Assembly: GCA_965222035.1 (NCBI GenBank)
Contig: OZ244940.1
Coordinates: forward strand, 1,447,243 to 1,511,242
Source: Candidatus Amphirhobacter sp.
GTDB lineage: Bacteria; Pseudomonadota; Gammaproteobacteria; Tethybacterales; Tethybacteraceae
Length of the DNA: 64,000 nt
Direction: 5' to 3'
Below the pieces are notes generated by a model. The model worked only from the letters and a program-made list of their open reading frames with translations, ran no database searches and had not been told where the DNA came from. How positions within the stretch are numbered: the stretch's first letter is position 1; every line of letters starts with the position of its first letter. A program made the translations under genes and the position numbers. Positions 31,188 through 40,825 of the stretch are shown here, one piece after another.

Positions 31188-32159
31188 ATGCTGCAGGTGC
31201 TCTTCGTCAAGCTCACTTCGCTGGGCGACTTGTTCCATGCCATGCCGGCCCTGAGCGATCTGAAGCGGGCCTTTGACGGCCAGGTGGAGATCGACTGGCT
31301 GGTGGACGGGCAGTACGCGGCGGTGCCGTCCTGGCACAACGCGGTCCGCGACACCCGCACCCTGAAGCTGCGCAGCTGGGTCCGGCATCGCGACCGCCGT
31401 GCTCTCGGCGAGTTCATGGATTATCTGCGCGTCATGCGCGAGCCCCATTACGACGCGGTCATCGATGCCCAGGGCTTGGTCAAGAGCGCGGCGCTGGGCT
31501 GCCTGCCCGCTTGCGGGCGCCGGCACGGCTATGACTACAGCAGCGCGCGCGAGCCGTGGGCGGCCTGGATCTACGACCGCCAGCACGTCGTCGATAAGGA
31601 GATGCATGCGGTCGAGCGCGTCCGCCGGCTGCTGGGGCAGGCGCTGGGCTACGACAGCACCGACTATGAGCTCGACTACGGCGTCGCCGACAGCTTCGCC
31701 AAGGTCAAGCGGCGCGACAGCGTCGTGCTGATCCCGCATGCGGCGCAGCCCGCCAAGCTGTGGGCTACCGAACGCTGGATCGAGCTGGGGCGCTTGATCA
31801 AGAAGGATGGGCATCAGGTCGAGGTCTGCTGGGGCGGGCCGTACGAGCAGCGGGTGGCCCGCCACATCGCCGAGCAGTGCGAGGGCGAGGTCGCGCCGGA
31901 CCTGGGGCTCGCGCCCGAGCAGATAGGAGCCTATCTCGCCGGCGCGGCCGGCGCGGTCTCGCTGGACACCGGCCTGGCGCACATCGCCGCCGCGGTTGAC
32001 CTGCCGAACATCTGCCTGTGCGCCGCCACCAAGCCGGAGCGCTCCGGAGCCTACGGCCCGCGCCAGCAGGCCTTGCCCCATGCCCGGGCGCTGGACGCGC
32101 CGGCGGTGTGGGCGCGGCTGCATGCGCTGCTGGCCGAGCAGCGCCAAGCGCATGGCTGA
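31188..32159 (+). CDS. waaC: LPS heptosyltransferase I
   Basis: VKLTSLGDLFH.MPA, WLVD, IDAQGLVKSA, HAVER.R.L, DTGLAHIAAA. Confidence 0.93.
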   Translation: MLQVLFVKLTSLGDLFHAMPALSDLKRAFDGQVEIDWLVDGQYAAVPSWHNAVRDTRTLKLRSWVRHRDRRALGEFMDYLRVMREPHYDAVIDAQGLVKSAALGCLPACGRRHGYDYSSAREPWAAWIYDRQHVVDKEMHAVERVRRLLGQALGYDSTDYELDYGVADSFAKVKRRDSVVLIPHAAQPAKLWATERWIELGRLIKKDGHQVEVCWGGPYEQRVARHIAEQCEGEVAPDLGLAPEQIGAYLAGAAGAVSLDTGLAHIAAAVDLPNICLCAATKPERSGAYGPRQQALPHARALDAPAVWARLHALLAEQRQAHG

Positions 32160-33936
32160 GGACGCCAAGCCCAAGGCAACCGACTGGGCCCGCCTGCGGC
32201 GGATCCTGTCGTACCTGAGGCACTACAAGCTGTTCTTCGTCCTGGGGCTGCTGTGCACCATTATGTTCGGCGTGACCGAGGCGGCGGTCCCCTGGCTGAT
32301 GTACGCCCTGTTCGAGCCCGAGCGGCTGGAGTTCCTCGCCGGGCCCGAGCACGTCCCCCTGCTGCTGCCGGTATTGTTCATCGGCGTCTTCCTGCTGCGC
32401 GGCATATTGGGCTTCACCCGTTTTTACTGGCGCACGTGGATGTCGCAGACCATCTCCCGCGACCTGCGGCGCGAGATGATCGACAAGCTGCTGCATCTGC
32501 CGCGCGCCTATCACGACCGGGAATCGTCGGGGGTGCTGATTGCCCGCATCATGCATTTCGTCAACCAGATGCTCGGCGGCGTCATCGACGTCCTGGTCGC
32601 TTTGTGCCAGGACAGCGCCCGCCTCTGCGCCTTGCTCGCGACGCTGCTGTTCATCAATTGGCAGTACACCTTGATCCTGATGGCCGCCATCCCCATCACC
32701 CTGGCGGTGATCGTCTTCTTCGCCAAGCGCATCCGCCGCTACGCCGGCCACGAGGCCAGCGAGGTCAGCTTGATGACCAGCGCCATCAACGACGTCATCC
32801 AGGGCCAGGCGCTGGTCAAGGCCTACGGCGGCCAGGATCGGGAATCGGCCCGCCTCGGCAGCCACATCGACCGCCTCCGCGGCGTCGGCCTGCGCCAGGG
32901 CGTCGCCATCGCCATCAACATCCCGCTGTCGCAGCTGCTGGTGGCGGTGGCGCTCGCCATCATCCTGGCATTGCTCGCGGCCGACCTGCTCGCCGGGCGC
33001 ATGAGCGAGGGCGAGGTCAGCGCCTTTGTGTTCGCGATGATCCTCATCCCGCTGTCGCTGCGCGGCCTGGCGAACCTGGCGAACTTCATGCAGGTGGCGC
33101 TGGCGGGCGCCGAGAAGGTGTTCGCGCTGCTGGACGCCGAGGCCGAGACCGAGGGCGGCGACCATGCCGATGCGGTACGCGGCGACATTGAGTTTGATAA
33201 GGTCGAGTTCCGCTATCCGGGCAGCGACTCCGAAGCCGCCCTGCAGGGCTTGAGCCTGCGCGTCCAAGCGGGGGAGAAGGTCGCGCTGGTGGGCCCGTCC
33301 GGCGGCGGCAAGACCACCATCACCAGCTTGCTGCTGGGCTTTTACCGGCCCACCGCCGGGCGGCTGGCGCTCGACGGCGTACCGCTGGCGGAGTGGTCGC
33401 TGGCCGACCTGCGCCAGCAGCTTGCGGTGGTGTCCCAGGACACGTACCTGTTCGACACCACTGTCGCCGAGAACGTCGCCTATCCATCGCCGCGGGCGGA
33501 CATCGACCAAGAGCGCCTGGCCCAGGCCCTGCAGCGGGCCGAGGCCAGCGAGCTGGTCGCAGCCCTGCCGGAAAAGGAGGACACCGTGCTCGGCGAGCGC
33601 GGCATGCGGCTCAGCGGCGGCGAGCGCCAGCGCATCGCCCTGGCGCGGGCCTTCTACCGCGACCAGTCGCTGCTGATCTTGGATGAGGCGACCAGCTCGC
33701 TGGATTCGCGCACCGAAGAGGGCATCAAGAAGTCCTTGGCCGAGCACACCGAGGGCAAGACGGTGCTGATCATCGCGCACCGCTTCGCGACGGTGGAGAT
33801 CGCCGACCGGGTATTGGTGCTCGACCGCGGCCGGGTCGCGGAGCAGGGCACCCATGCCGAGTTGATGGGGTCCTCGCAACTGTACAAGCAGCTGTATGAG
33901 AGCCAGCGCAACGCCGCGGGCAAGCAAGCAGAATAG
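32152..33936 (+). CDS. msbA: Lipid A export ABC transporter MsbA-like
   Basis: TMD plus NBD (GPSGGGKT, LSGGERQR, LILDEATSSLD); coupled to waaC. Confidence 0.8.
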   Translation: MAEDAKPKATDWARLRRILSYLRHYKLFFVLGLLCTIMFGVTEAAVPWLMYALFEPERLEFLAGPEHVPLLLPVLFIGVFLLRGILGFTRFYWRTWMSQTISRDLRREMIDKLLHLPRAYHDRESSGVLIARIMHFVNQMLGGVIDVLVALCQDSARLCALLATLLFINWQYTLILMAAIPITLAVIVFFAKRIRRYAGHEASEVSLMTSAINDVIQGQALVKAYGGQDRESARLGSHIDRLRGVGLRQGVAIAINIPLSQLLVAVALAIILALLAADLLAGRMSEGEVSAFVFAMILIPLSLRGLANLANFMQVALAGAEKVFALLDAEAETEGGDHADAVRGDIEFDKVEFRYPGSDSEAALQGLSLRVQAGEKVALVGPSGGGKTTITSLLLGFYRPTAGRLALDGVPLAEWSLADLRQQLAVVSQDTYLFDTTVAENVAYPSPRADIDQERLAQALQRAEASELVAALPEKEDTVLGERGMRLSGGERQRIALARAFYRDQSLLILDEATSSLDSRTEEGIKKSLAEHTEGKTVLIIAHRFATVEIADRVLVLDRGRVAEQGTHAELMGSSQLYKQLYESQRNAAGKQAE

Positions 33937-33970
33937 TGTGAGTGGCGGTCAAGTAGAATAACCGCCGGTT

Positions 33971-35176
33971 ATGGAGGCGAATGTACTGACGTCCGAATCG
34001 GTTTCGGACGGACACCCGGACAAAATCGCCGATCAGATTTCCGACGCTGTCCTAGATGAGGCGCTGAGAGTAGCGGGAAAGCAATCTGACCAGGTCCGCT
34101 GTGCTTGCGAGACCCTGGTCAAAGGCGAGAACCTCATCATCGCGGGCGAGCTGACCCCAGCGCTGCCGAAGGAAAGGTTGCTGGAGATAGCGCAAGAAGT
34201 AGTCCTGAAGCGCGTCGGCTATGACGAGGCCAGCCTGGGCTTTGACGCGGAGAAGTGGAACTACCTCAATCTCATGACCCTCCAGGCGGCCGAGATCGGC
34301 AAAGCGGTCAACAAGGACAAGCTAGGTGCCGGCGACCAGGGTTTGATGTTTGGTTGCGCTATCGACGAGACGCCGGAATTGATGCCTTTGGCTCTCAAGC
34401 TTTCGCATGCTTTGATGCGTCAGCAAAAAGCTAAACGCCAAGAACTCCCCTTAGGCCCGGACGCTAAGGCACAAGCCACCATCGAATATGCAGGTAGCAA
34501 AACATGCATCAAGAAAATAGTGGTTTCGACGCAACATGCCAGTGGGGTGAGTACGGATGAGGTGCGGCAAATGGTTGCGGAGCATATTGTGCAGCCAGTT
34601 TTGGCAGAGTGTCGTGAAGCCCTAGCCAACCATCCCATATGCCAGCTTGACGATGCCGCGCCTGAATTGATACTCAATCGTTCTAAAAGTTTTGTTGAAG
34701 GAGGGCCCAAGGCCGATGCGGGCTTGACCGGGCGCAAGATAATTGTCGACACTTATGGGGGCGCGTCCCCGCATGGCGGCGGCGCCTTCTCAGGAAAGGA
34801 TCCAACCAAGGTCGATCGCAGCGCCGCGTATATGGCGCGCTACATCGCCAAGACCGTAGTGCGGCACAAATTAACTAATGCATGCATGATTCAGCTTGCC
34901 TACGTAATTGGCGGCTCCCAACCTCTTAGCTTGATGGTTAAGGCGGATGATAAGAACGAAAAAGACATCAGTAATGAAATTTCTGAGGCAGCACGGGAGT
35001 ACCTCGACTTGTCGGTGAGTGGAATCATCAAGAAGTTCAACCTGTTTAGCCCTGATGGTTGGAGTTATCTGGACACCGCTGCCTTCGGCCACTTCGGCCG
35101 CGCGGAGTTCCCCTGGGAGAATCCGGTCGAGGGCTGTGCCTTCGACAGCTGGTGCCGCGAGCAGGCGCCGGCTTAG
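33971..35176 (+). CDS. metK: S-adenosylmethionine synthetase
   Basis: TSESVSDGHPDK, GAGDQGLMFG, GLTGRKIIVDTYGG, GGGAFSGKDPTKVDRS. Confidence 0.97.
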   Translation: MEANVLTSESVSDGHPDKIADQISDAVLDEALRVAGKQSDQVRCACETLVKGENLIIAGELTPALPKERLLEIAQEVVLKRVGYDEASLGFDAEKWNYLNLMTLQAAEIGKAVNKDKLGAGDQGLMFGCAIDETPELMPLALKLSHALMRQQKAKRQELPLGPDAKAQATIEYAGSKTCIKKIVVSTQHASGVSTDEVRQMVAEHIVQPVLAECREALANHPICQLDDAAPELILNRSKSFVEGGPKADAGLTGRKIIVDTYGGASPHGGGAFSGKDPTKVDRSAAYMARYIAKTVVRHKLTNACMIQLAYVIGGSQPLSLMVKADDKNEKDISNEISEAAREYLDLSVSGIIKKFNLFSPDGWSYLDTAAFGHFGRAEFPWENPVEGCAFDSWCREQAPA

Positions 35177-35198
35177 CTGGCAGCGGCCGCGCGGCGAG

Positions 35199-36368
35199 TT
35201 ATTGCTGGTCGGTCGCGTACTCTTGTTTGAAATAGGTGAAGAATGAGGGGATTGATGGATATACCCTGCGCTTGCCCGCTAGCCAAATCAGGTCCTTATC
35301 CCTCAGCAAGTCAAAGATTTCTTTCGCATTTTGCTCATCCATGTCTTGATTGGAAGCCGCCAGCCGCTTGATAACCTGTGCTGGAGTTAGCGGCTGGTCT
35401 GCATCCTCGACAATGGCAACCGCCTGATTGGCATAGTTTGCCAAACCAAGATCCTGGAGGTCTTCATAGACTTTGTGGTAGATGACTTTGCGTGTTTTAT
35501 TCACGGCCGGCTCCGCCTTTTCAACCACAGCCAAATCAACCTTCGAGCCGGAGGCTCCTTCCAAGACATCCCAAACCGCCCTGCCTGCGGCTTGAACGAA
35601 GTAAGGGTAGTTGTCGGTCCAGCTCGCCAGCAGGCCCAGGGCATCGTCTGTTATTTTGATTTTGCGCTGCTTCAAAGGCTTGACCAAAGCCTCGCGCACC
35701 GCAGCGTCACTCAATTCGTTGATGTCGATATCGTCAGTACGATTGATGAATGTTGCATTCACTTTCCGCAGGTGCTGGTTCAACGCAGGCGTTCCTGCCA
35801 CTATCATCGCCAACGCCCATTTCTCAGACAACAGGCGTTGGTTCTTCTGCAGTATCATTCCCAGCAGACTCTCATCGTAATGCATGACCTCATCCATCAG
35901 GAACAGCACCGGTTTTCTAGACATCAGCGCCTTCAGGATTGTGACGTAATGCTTGCTCTGCTTAGGACGAGCGCTGTAGTTGACCTTGGCGATATCCGGC
36001 GGCGGCTTCAGCTCCGTGGCGAAAGCGTGGTCGAACTTGCCGTCTGGCATCATCTCAGCGATCAGGCTGTCAAAGGTGGAGCCGGAAGCCCCGTCTTTCA
36101 GGTGCTCGAGGCGCACGACCTGGATCTTGTACGCCTCGGCCATTTCCCTGGCGCAGCTGAGCAACGTCGTTTTGCCTACGCCGCGCGGGCCCACGATCTT
36201 GATGGGCGACAGTGGAGATTCCCGCAGCCTGCCCTTGCTACGAGGTTGGACAATCGCCCTCAGGGCTTTGTCGATGAGGTCCAGTTCGTCGTTGCGACCG
36301 GCTACATACGGGGGTGCAAGCCCCGTACCAGGCTTGAATGGATTGGATGCCGAAGCAGGCCTGTTTAT
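35199..36368 (-). CDS. AAA+/P-loop ATPase (start uncertain)
   Basis: Frame open upstream of the annotated GTG through NPFKPGTG..PPYVAGR; Walker A GPRGVGKT, Walker B LFLMDEV, YPYFVQ. Confidence 0.75.
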   Translation of the reverse strand: MNRPASASNPFKPGTGLAPPYVAGRNDELDLIDKALRAIVQPRSKGRLRESPLSPIKIVGPRGVGKTTLLSCAREMAEAYKIQVVRLEHLKDGASGSTFDSLIAEMMPDGKFDHAFATELKPPPDIAKVNYSARPKQSKHYVTILKALMSRKPVLFLMDEVMHYDESLLGMILQKNQRLLSEKWALAMIVAGTPALNQHLRKVNATFINRTDDIDINELSDAAVREALVKPLKQRKIKITDDALGLLASWTDNYPYFVQAAGRAVWDVLEGASGSKVDLAVVEKAEPAVNKTRKVIYHKVYEDLQDLGLANYANQAVAIVEDADQPLTPAQVIKRLAASNQDMDEQNAKEIFDLLRDKDLIWLAGKRRVYPSIPSFFTYFKQEYATDQQ

Positions 36369-36438
36369 ATTTTAAGCCTAAAGCCCGCCTCAGAGGCCCA
36401 TCGCGGCGGCGATTGCGGCTGGCGAGGTGGGGGCGAGC

Positions 36439-36843
36439 CCGGTCCAGGCATAAAACACAGGGCTGGATTGCCGGGCAGCAGGATCATGCGCGCTGCCTTG
36501 TTCCGAGGATGAATCATGGCCAGCCCCGGACCCCAAGCCGCGCCGGACTGCCAGGTTAGGGACAGCGCCCTGGCGGACTGAAGCCGGCGCGAGATCGCCA
36601 TCGCCGAGAGCGAGATGCCCGGCTTGCTGGCCCTGCGCGCGCAGGCGCCGAGGCCCGGCCGCTGGCGGCCAGCAGCAGCCAGTGCCCTTCCTCGGTCCAA
36701 CTAGCCCAGCTGCCGTCTTGCTGACCCAGTCCCAGCCCCGGGGGGAGGGCTTGTCAGGTGTCGCCGGCCCTGAACCGGCTGGCCAGCCGGACCGCCGCCA
36801 GCAGCGCTCCGGCGGTTCCCCACAGCAAAATCGTGGGAGGGCC
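36439..36843. pseudogene. Chimeric remnant: decayed ahcY 5' region fused to decayed virD4 5' region
   Basis: 36439-36666 aligns to ~37852-38078; 36658-36843 aligns to ~45996-46243; in-frame stop and deletions. Confidence 0.9.
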
Positions 36844-36999
36844 AGCGCCTGTTTGCCATATACTGCGGACCGCCAAACAGGGCTCATGCGCCCCTAGATT
36901 TGGATTCGGGCTTGATTTCATGCTAGAATTGCGAATGCGAGATAGCGGACTGCCTTGCGGCGGCGCGAATCGAGCTTCAAGTAGTTAGGAGAAACTGAC

Positions 37000-37734
37000 A
37001 TGAAACAACAAGCAAACAAGGATCGGGGCTTCACGCTGGTGGAGATCGCCATCGTGCTGGTCATCATCGGGTTGCTGCTGGGCGGCATCCTCAAGGGCCA
37101 GGAGCTGATCAACAACGCCAAGGTGCGTGCGATTGCTGACCGGCAGAACTCGCTGAAGGTGGCGTGGTTCTCGTTCATCGACCGTTTCGCGGCGATTCCG
37201 GGCGACCACATCCAGGCTTCGACGTACATCACCGGCGCGGCCAACGGCAACGGCGACGGTTTCCTGACGGAGGGCGACGCGCCGCTGGCGTTCCAGCATC
37301 TGGCGGCGGCGGGTTATCTGCGTTGCGGCCACTGCACGGAGACCGCCACCGCGAGCATTAAGCCGACGGCCGCCAACTCGCTGGTCAACAACTATGGTGG
37401 CGTGATGTCGATCTGGCATGACTCGACGCACTTTGCCATTCCGACCACCGGCAGCCCCACTGCGCGCCTGCAGGTGCACACCGGCCCGCGGATTCCGAGC
37501 AACATCCTGGCCGAGGTCGATCGCAAGGTTGACGATGGCGTGCCGAACACCGGCGACCTGCGCTTCAACAAGTACGACCCGACCGGCGCCACCGAGGCTC
37601 CGGTGGGCGAATGCACCAAGACCACTGCCAAAGGCGACGCCAGTGGGGCCCTGGCGGCAACTGCTGACTTCTGGCGCCCGGCCGGCGCCACGCCGCCGGT
37701 TTACCAAAACTGCGGCGCTTCGGTGTTCATCTAG
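37000..37734 (+). CDS. Prepilin-type N-terminal cleavage/methylation protein (type IV pilin/pseudopilin-like)
   Basis: AGGAG RBS; G|FTLVEIAIVLVIIGLLLGGILKG; DRKVDDG.P.TG. Confidence 0.9.
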   Translation: MKQQANKDRGFTLVEIAIVLVIIGLLLGGILKGQELINNAKVRAIADRQNSLKVAWFSFIDRFAAIPGDHIQASTYITGAANGNGDGFLTEGDAPLAFQHLAAAGYLRCGHCTETATASIKPTAANSLVNNYGGVMSIWHDSTHFAIPTTGSPTARLQVHTGPRIPSNILAEVDRKVDDGVPNTGDLRFNKYDPTGATEAPVGECTKTTAKGDASGALAATADFWRPAGATPPVYQNCGASVFI

Positions 37735-37755
37735 AGCTGGACAGTACCAACACCC

Positions 37756-37787
37756 GAGAAAGGGATCTGCGGATCCCTTTCTTTTTT
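37756..37787 (+). terminator. Rho-independent terminator
   Basis: agaaagggatc-tgcg-gatccctttct hairpin followed by a T-run. Confidence 0.85.
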
Positions 37788-37926
37788 AAACGGCTGACGG
37801 TGTCCGACAGGCAGGCGTCGGCCGCGGCCTATGACGTGGCCTAACTAAATCTAATCCAAGCATAAAATACAAGGCTGGATTTTCTGGCAGTAGGATTATA
37901 AGACTGTCTTGTTCCAAGGATAAATC

Positions 37927-39237
37927 ATGGCCAACCCCGAACCCCAAACCGCGCCGGACTACCAGGTCAAGGATATCGCCCTGGCGGACTGGGGCCGGCG
38001 CGAGATTGCCATCGCCGAGCGCGAGATGCCCGGCTTGATGGCCCTGCGCGCGCAGTACGCCAAGACCCGGCCGCTGGCCGGCGCCCGCATCACGGGCTGT
38101 CTCCACATGACCGTCGAGACCGCGGTGCTCATCGAGACCTTGACCGCGCTCGGCGCCAGCGTCCGCTGGAGCTCGTGCAACATCTTCTCGACCCAGGACC
38201 ATGCGGCGGCGGCGGTCGCGGCGGCGGGGGTGCCGGTCTTCGCCTGGAAGGGCCTGAGCGAGGCAGAGTACTGGGACTGCATCGAGCAGACCCTGCACGG
38301 TCCCGATGGCTGGCGGCCCGACCTGCTCATCGACGACGGCGGCGACCTCACCGTCAAGGTGCTGGAGGACAAGGAGCTGAGCGCGTCGATCGTGGGCCTC
38401 AGCGAGGAGACCACCACCGGCGTCATGCGCCTCGAGGAGCTCGCGGCCGAGGGCCAGCTGCCGTTCCCGGCGTTCAACGTCAACGATTCGGTGACCAAGT
38501 CGAAGTTTGACAACCTGTACGGCTGCCGCGAGTCGCTGACCGAGGGCATCAAGCGCGGCACCGACATGATGATTGCGGGCAAGCAGGCGGTGGTCTGCGG
38601 CTATGGCGAGGTCGGCAAGGGCTGCGCCGCCGCGCTCAAGAGCCTGGGCGCGACCGTCTTCGTGACCGAGATCGACCCGATCTGCGCGCTGCAAGCGGCG
38701 ATGGAAGGCTTCCGCGTCGTGACCATGGACGACATCTGCGAGCAGGTCCAGATCGCGGTAACCGCCACCGGCAACCATAGCGTCATCACCTACGAGCACA
38801 TGGCGCGCATGCCCGACGGCGCCGTGGTGTGCAACATCGGGCACTTCGACACCGAGATCGAGGTCGCCAAGCTGCGCGAGAAGTGCAAGATGGAAGAGGT
38901 CAAGCCCCAGGTCGAGGAGGCGGTGTTCCCCGACGGCCGCCGGCTGGTGCTGCTCGCGGAGGGCCGCTTGGTCAACCTCGGCTGCGGCGAGGGCCATCCG
39001 AGCTTCGTGATGAGCGCCTCGTTCAGCAACCAGGTCCTCGCCCAGCTCGAGCTGTGGACGAACAAGGGCAAGCACGCCAAGGGCCTGCACCTCCTGCCGA
39101 AGCTCCTGGACGAGGAGGTCGCGCGGCTGCATCTCGCGCATGTCGGCGCCAAGCTCACCGAGCTGAGCGAGGAGCAGGCCAAGTACCTCAACATCGATAA
39201 GCAAGGTCCTTACAAGAAGGATCACTACCGCTACTAG
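37927..39237 (+). CDS. ahcY: Adenosylhomocysteinase
   Basis: [57 protein letters not shown]. Confidence 0.98.
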   Translation: MANPEPQTAPDYQVKDIALADWGRREIAIAEREMPGLMALRAQYAKTRPLAGARITGCLHMTVETAVLIETLTALGASVRWSSCNIFSTQDHAAAAVAAAGVPVFAWKGLSEAEYWDCIEQTLHGPDGWRPDLLIDDGGDLTVKVLEDKELSASIVGLSEETTTGVMRLEELAAEGQLPFPAFNVNDSVTKSKFDNLYGCRESLTEGIKRGTDMMIAGKQAVVCGYGEVGKGCAAALKSLGATVFVTEIDPICALQAAMEGFRVVTMDDICEQVQIAVTATGNHSVITYEHMARMPDGAVVCNIGHFDTEIEVAKLREKCKMEEVKPQVEEAVFPDGRRLVLLAEGRLVNLGCGEGHPSFVMSASFSNQVLAQLELWTNKGKHAKGLHLLPKLLDEEVARLHLAHVGAKLTELSEEQAKYLNIDKQGPYKKDHYRY

Positions 39238-39247
39238 GCTTGTCCCC

Positions 39248-40183
39248 ATGAACAAAATCCTGCCCAGCTCCATCACTCCCGAGGGGAGCCGCCTCAGCCG
39301 CCGTGCGGCGCTCGCCGGCATGGCGGGGCTCGGGACTCTGGGCGCGCTGGGACTGCCGACCCGGCCTGTACAGGCGGCCGCCTTGCCGCTGGCCGCCGAG
39401 GACTGGTCCAAGAACCCCGACCTGGAGCCGTCGCCGGAAGAGGCGGCGACCACTTACAACAACTTCTACGAACTCGGCACCCGCAAGGAGGACCCGCGCG
39501 CCAACGCCGGTCTGTACCAGGCCAAGCCCTGGACCGTCGTGGTGGAGGGCGCGGTCGCCAAGCCGGGCGAGTTCGGCGTCGAGGACCTGCTGAAGCTCGC
39601 GCCGCTGCAAGAGCGCATCTACCGGCTGCGCTGCGTCGAGGCCTGGTCGATGGTGATTCCCTGGATCGGCTATCCGCTGGCGCGGCTGCTGGATGCGGTC
39701 GAGCCGCTCGGCAGCGCCAAGTACGTCGCCTTCGAGACCTTCCATCCGGCGGATTTGTTCCCCGACGACGTCAACCGCTCCTTGCCCTGGCCCTATCGCG
39801 AGGGCCTGCGCCTGGACGAGGCACGCCACGACCTGACCCTGCTGGGCTTCGGCATGTACGGCAAGGAGCTGCTCAATCAAAACGGCGCGCCGCTGCGCAT
39901 CGTGGTGCCGTGGAAGTACGGCTACAAGAGCATCAAGGCCATCGTGCGCATCACCCTCACCGAGGAGGAGCCGCCGACTTCGTGGAACATGTCGCAGCCG
40001 CGCGAATACGGCTTCTACTCGAACGTCAACCCTGAGGTCGACCACCCGCGCTGGTCGCAGGCGAGCGAGCGGGCGCTCGACGGCAGCTTCTTCTCCAAGC
40101 GGCAGCCGACGCTGATGTTCAACGGCTACGCCGAGGAAGTGGCCGGCATGTATGCAGGCATGGACCTGCGCGTCAATCACTAA
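39248..40183 (+). CDS. msrP: Methionine sulfoxide reductase catalytic subunit MsrP
   Basis: Tat signal [39 protein letters not shown]. Confidence 0.96.
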   Translation: MNKILPSSITPEGSRLSRRAALAGMAGLGTLGALGLPTRPVQAAALPLAAEDWSKNPDLEPSPEEAATTYNNFYELGTRKEDPRANAGLYQAKPWTVVVEGAVAKPGEFGVEDLLKLAPLQERIYRLRCVEAWSMVIPWIGYPLARLLDAVEPLGSAKYVAFETFHPADLFPDDVNRSLPWPYREGLRLDEARHDLTLLGFGMYGKELLNQNGAPLRIVVPWKYGYKSIKAIVRITLTEEEPPTSWNMSQPREYGFYSNVNPEVDHPRWSQASERALDGSFFSKRQPTLMFNGYAEEVAGMYAGMDLRVNH

Positions 40184-40199
40184 TTCCGAGGAAGGCGCC

Positions 40200-40811
40200 A
40201 TGGCCCAAAGCCGCATTGGCATCTACAAGGCGATTGTCTTCGCCATCGGCTGCATCCCGCTGATTGCGGTGACCGCCTCGCTGTTTTTCAATCCAACGCC
40301 CGATCCCTACGAGCGCCTGGCGCACACCACCGGGGAGTTCGCGCTGCGCTTCCTGGTCCTGACCCTGCTGGTCACGCCGCTGCGCGACCTGACCAAGCTC
40401 AAGCGCCTCGGCGCCTTTCGCCGCACCTTGGGCGTGCTCACCTTCACGTATGCGTTCTGCCATGTCCTGGCCTACATGGTGTTCGAGTCCGATTTCGACC
40501 CGGCTTTCCTGATCGAGGACATCCGCAATCGGCGCTTCATCCTGTTCGGCGCGCTCGCCGGCATCCCGATTTTCCTGCTGGGCATCACCTCGAACAACTT
40601 CTCGGTCGGCAAGCTGGGCCGGGCTTGGAAAAAGCTGCACATGCTGGTCTTCCCGGCTGCGATCCTCGTCGCGCTGCACTTCCTGTTCCTGGTCCGCGGC
40701 GACGACCGCACCGCGCCGCTGGTCTACCTGGCGATCTTCATCGCCTTGATTTTGTACCGCGTGCTGCGCTGGCGCCGCAAGCGCGCGGCGGCGGCAGCCG
40801 CCGCGTCCTAG
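40200..40811 (+). CDS. msrQ: Heme-binding membrane subunit MsrQ
   Basis: TGEFAL, L.VTPL, RRTLG...Y...H, ITS, WKKLH. Confidence 0.93.
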   Translation: MAQSRIGIYKAIVFAIGCIPLIAVTASLFFNPTPDPYERLAHTTGEFALRFLVLTLLVTPLRDLTKLKRLGAFRRTLGVLTFTYAFCHVLAYMVFESDFDPAFLIEDIRNRRFILFGALAGIPIFLLGITSNNFSVGKLGRAWKKLHMLVFPAAILVALHFLFLVRGDDRTAPLVYLAIFIALILYRVLRWRRKRAAAAAAAS

Positions 40812-40825
40812 ACGTTCCAAACCTT

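Noticed and set aside
37790-37926. SAH riboswitch upstream of ahcY
   Set aside because: Could not identify the conserved elements by eye; an Rfam scan would be needed
36439-38078. Diversity-generating retroelement TR/VR pair (many A>G differences)
   Set aside because: T positions also change, indels are present, no reverse transcriptase is in the window, and a duplication scar explains it
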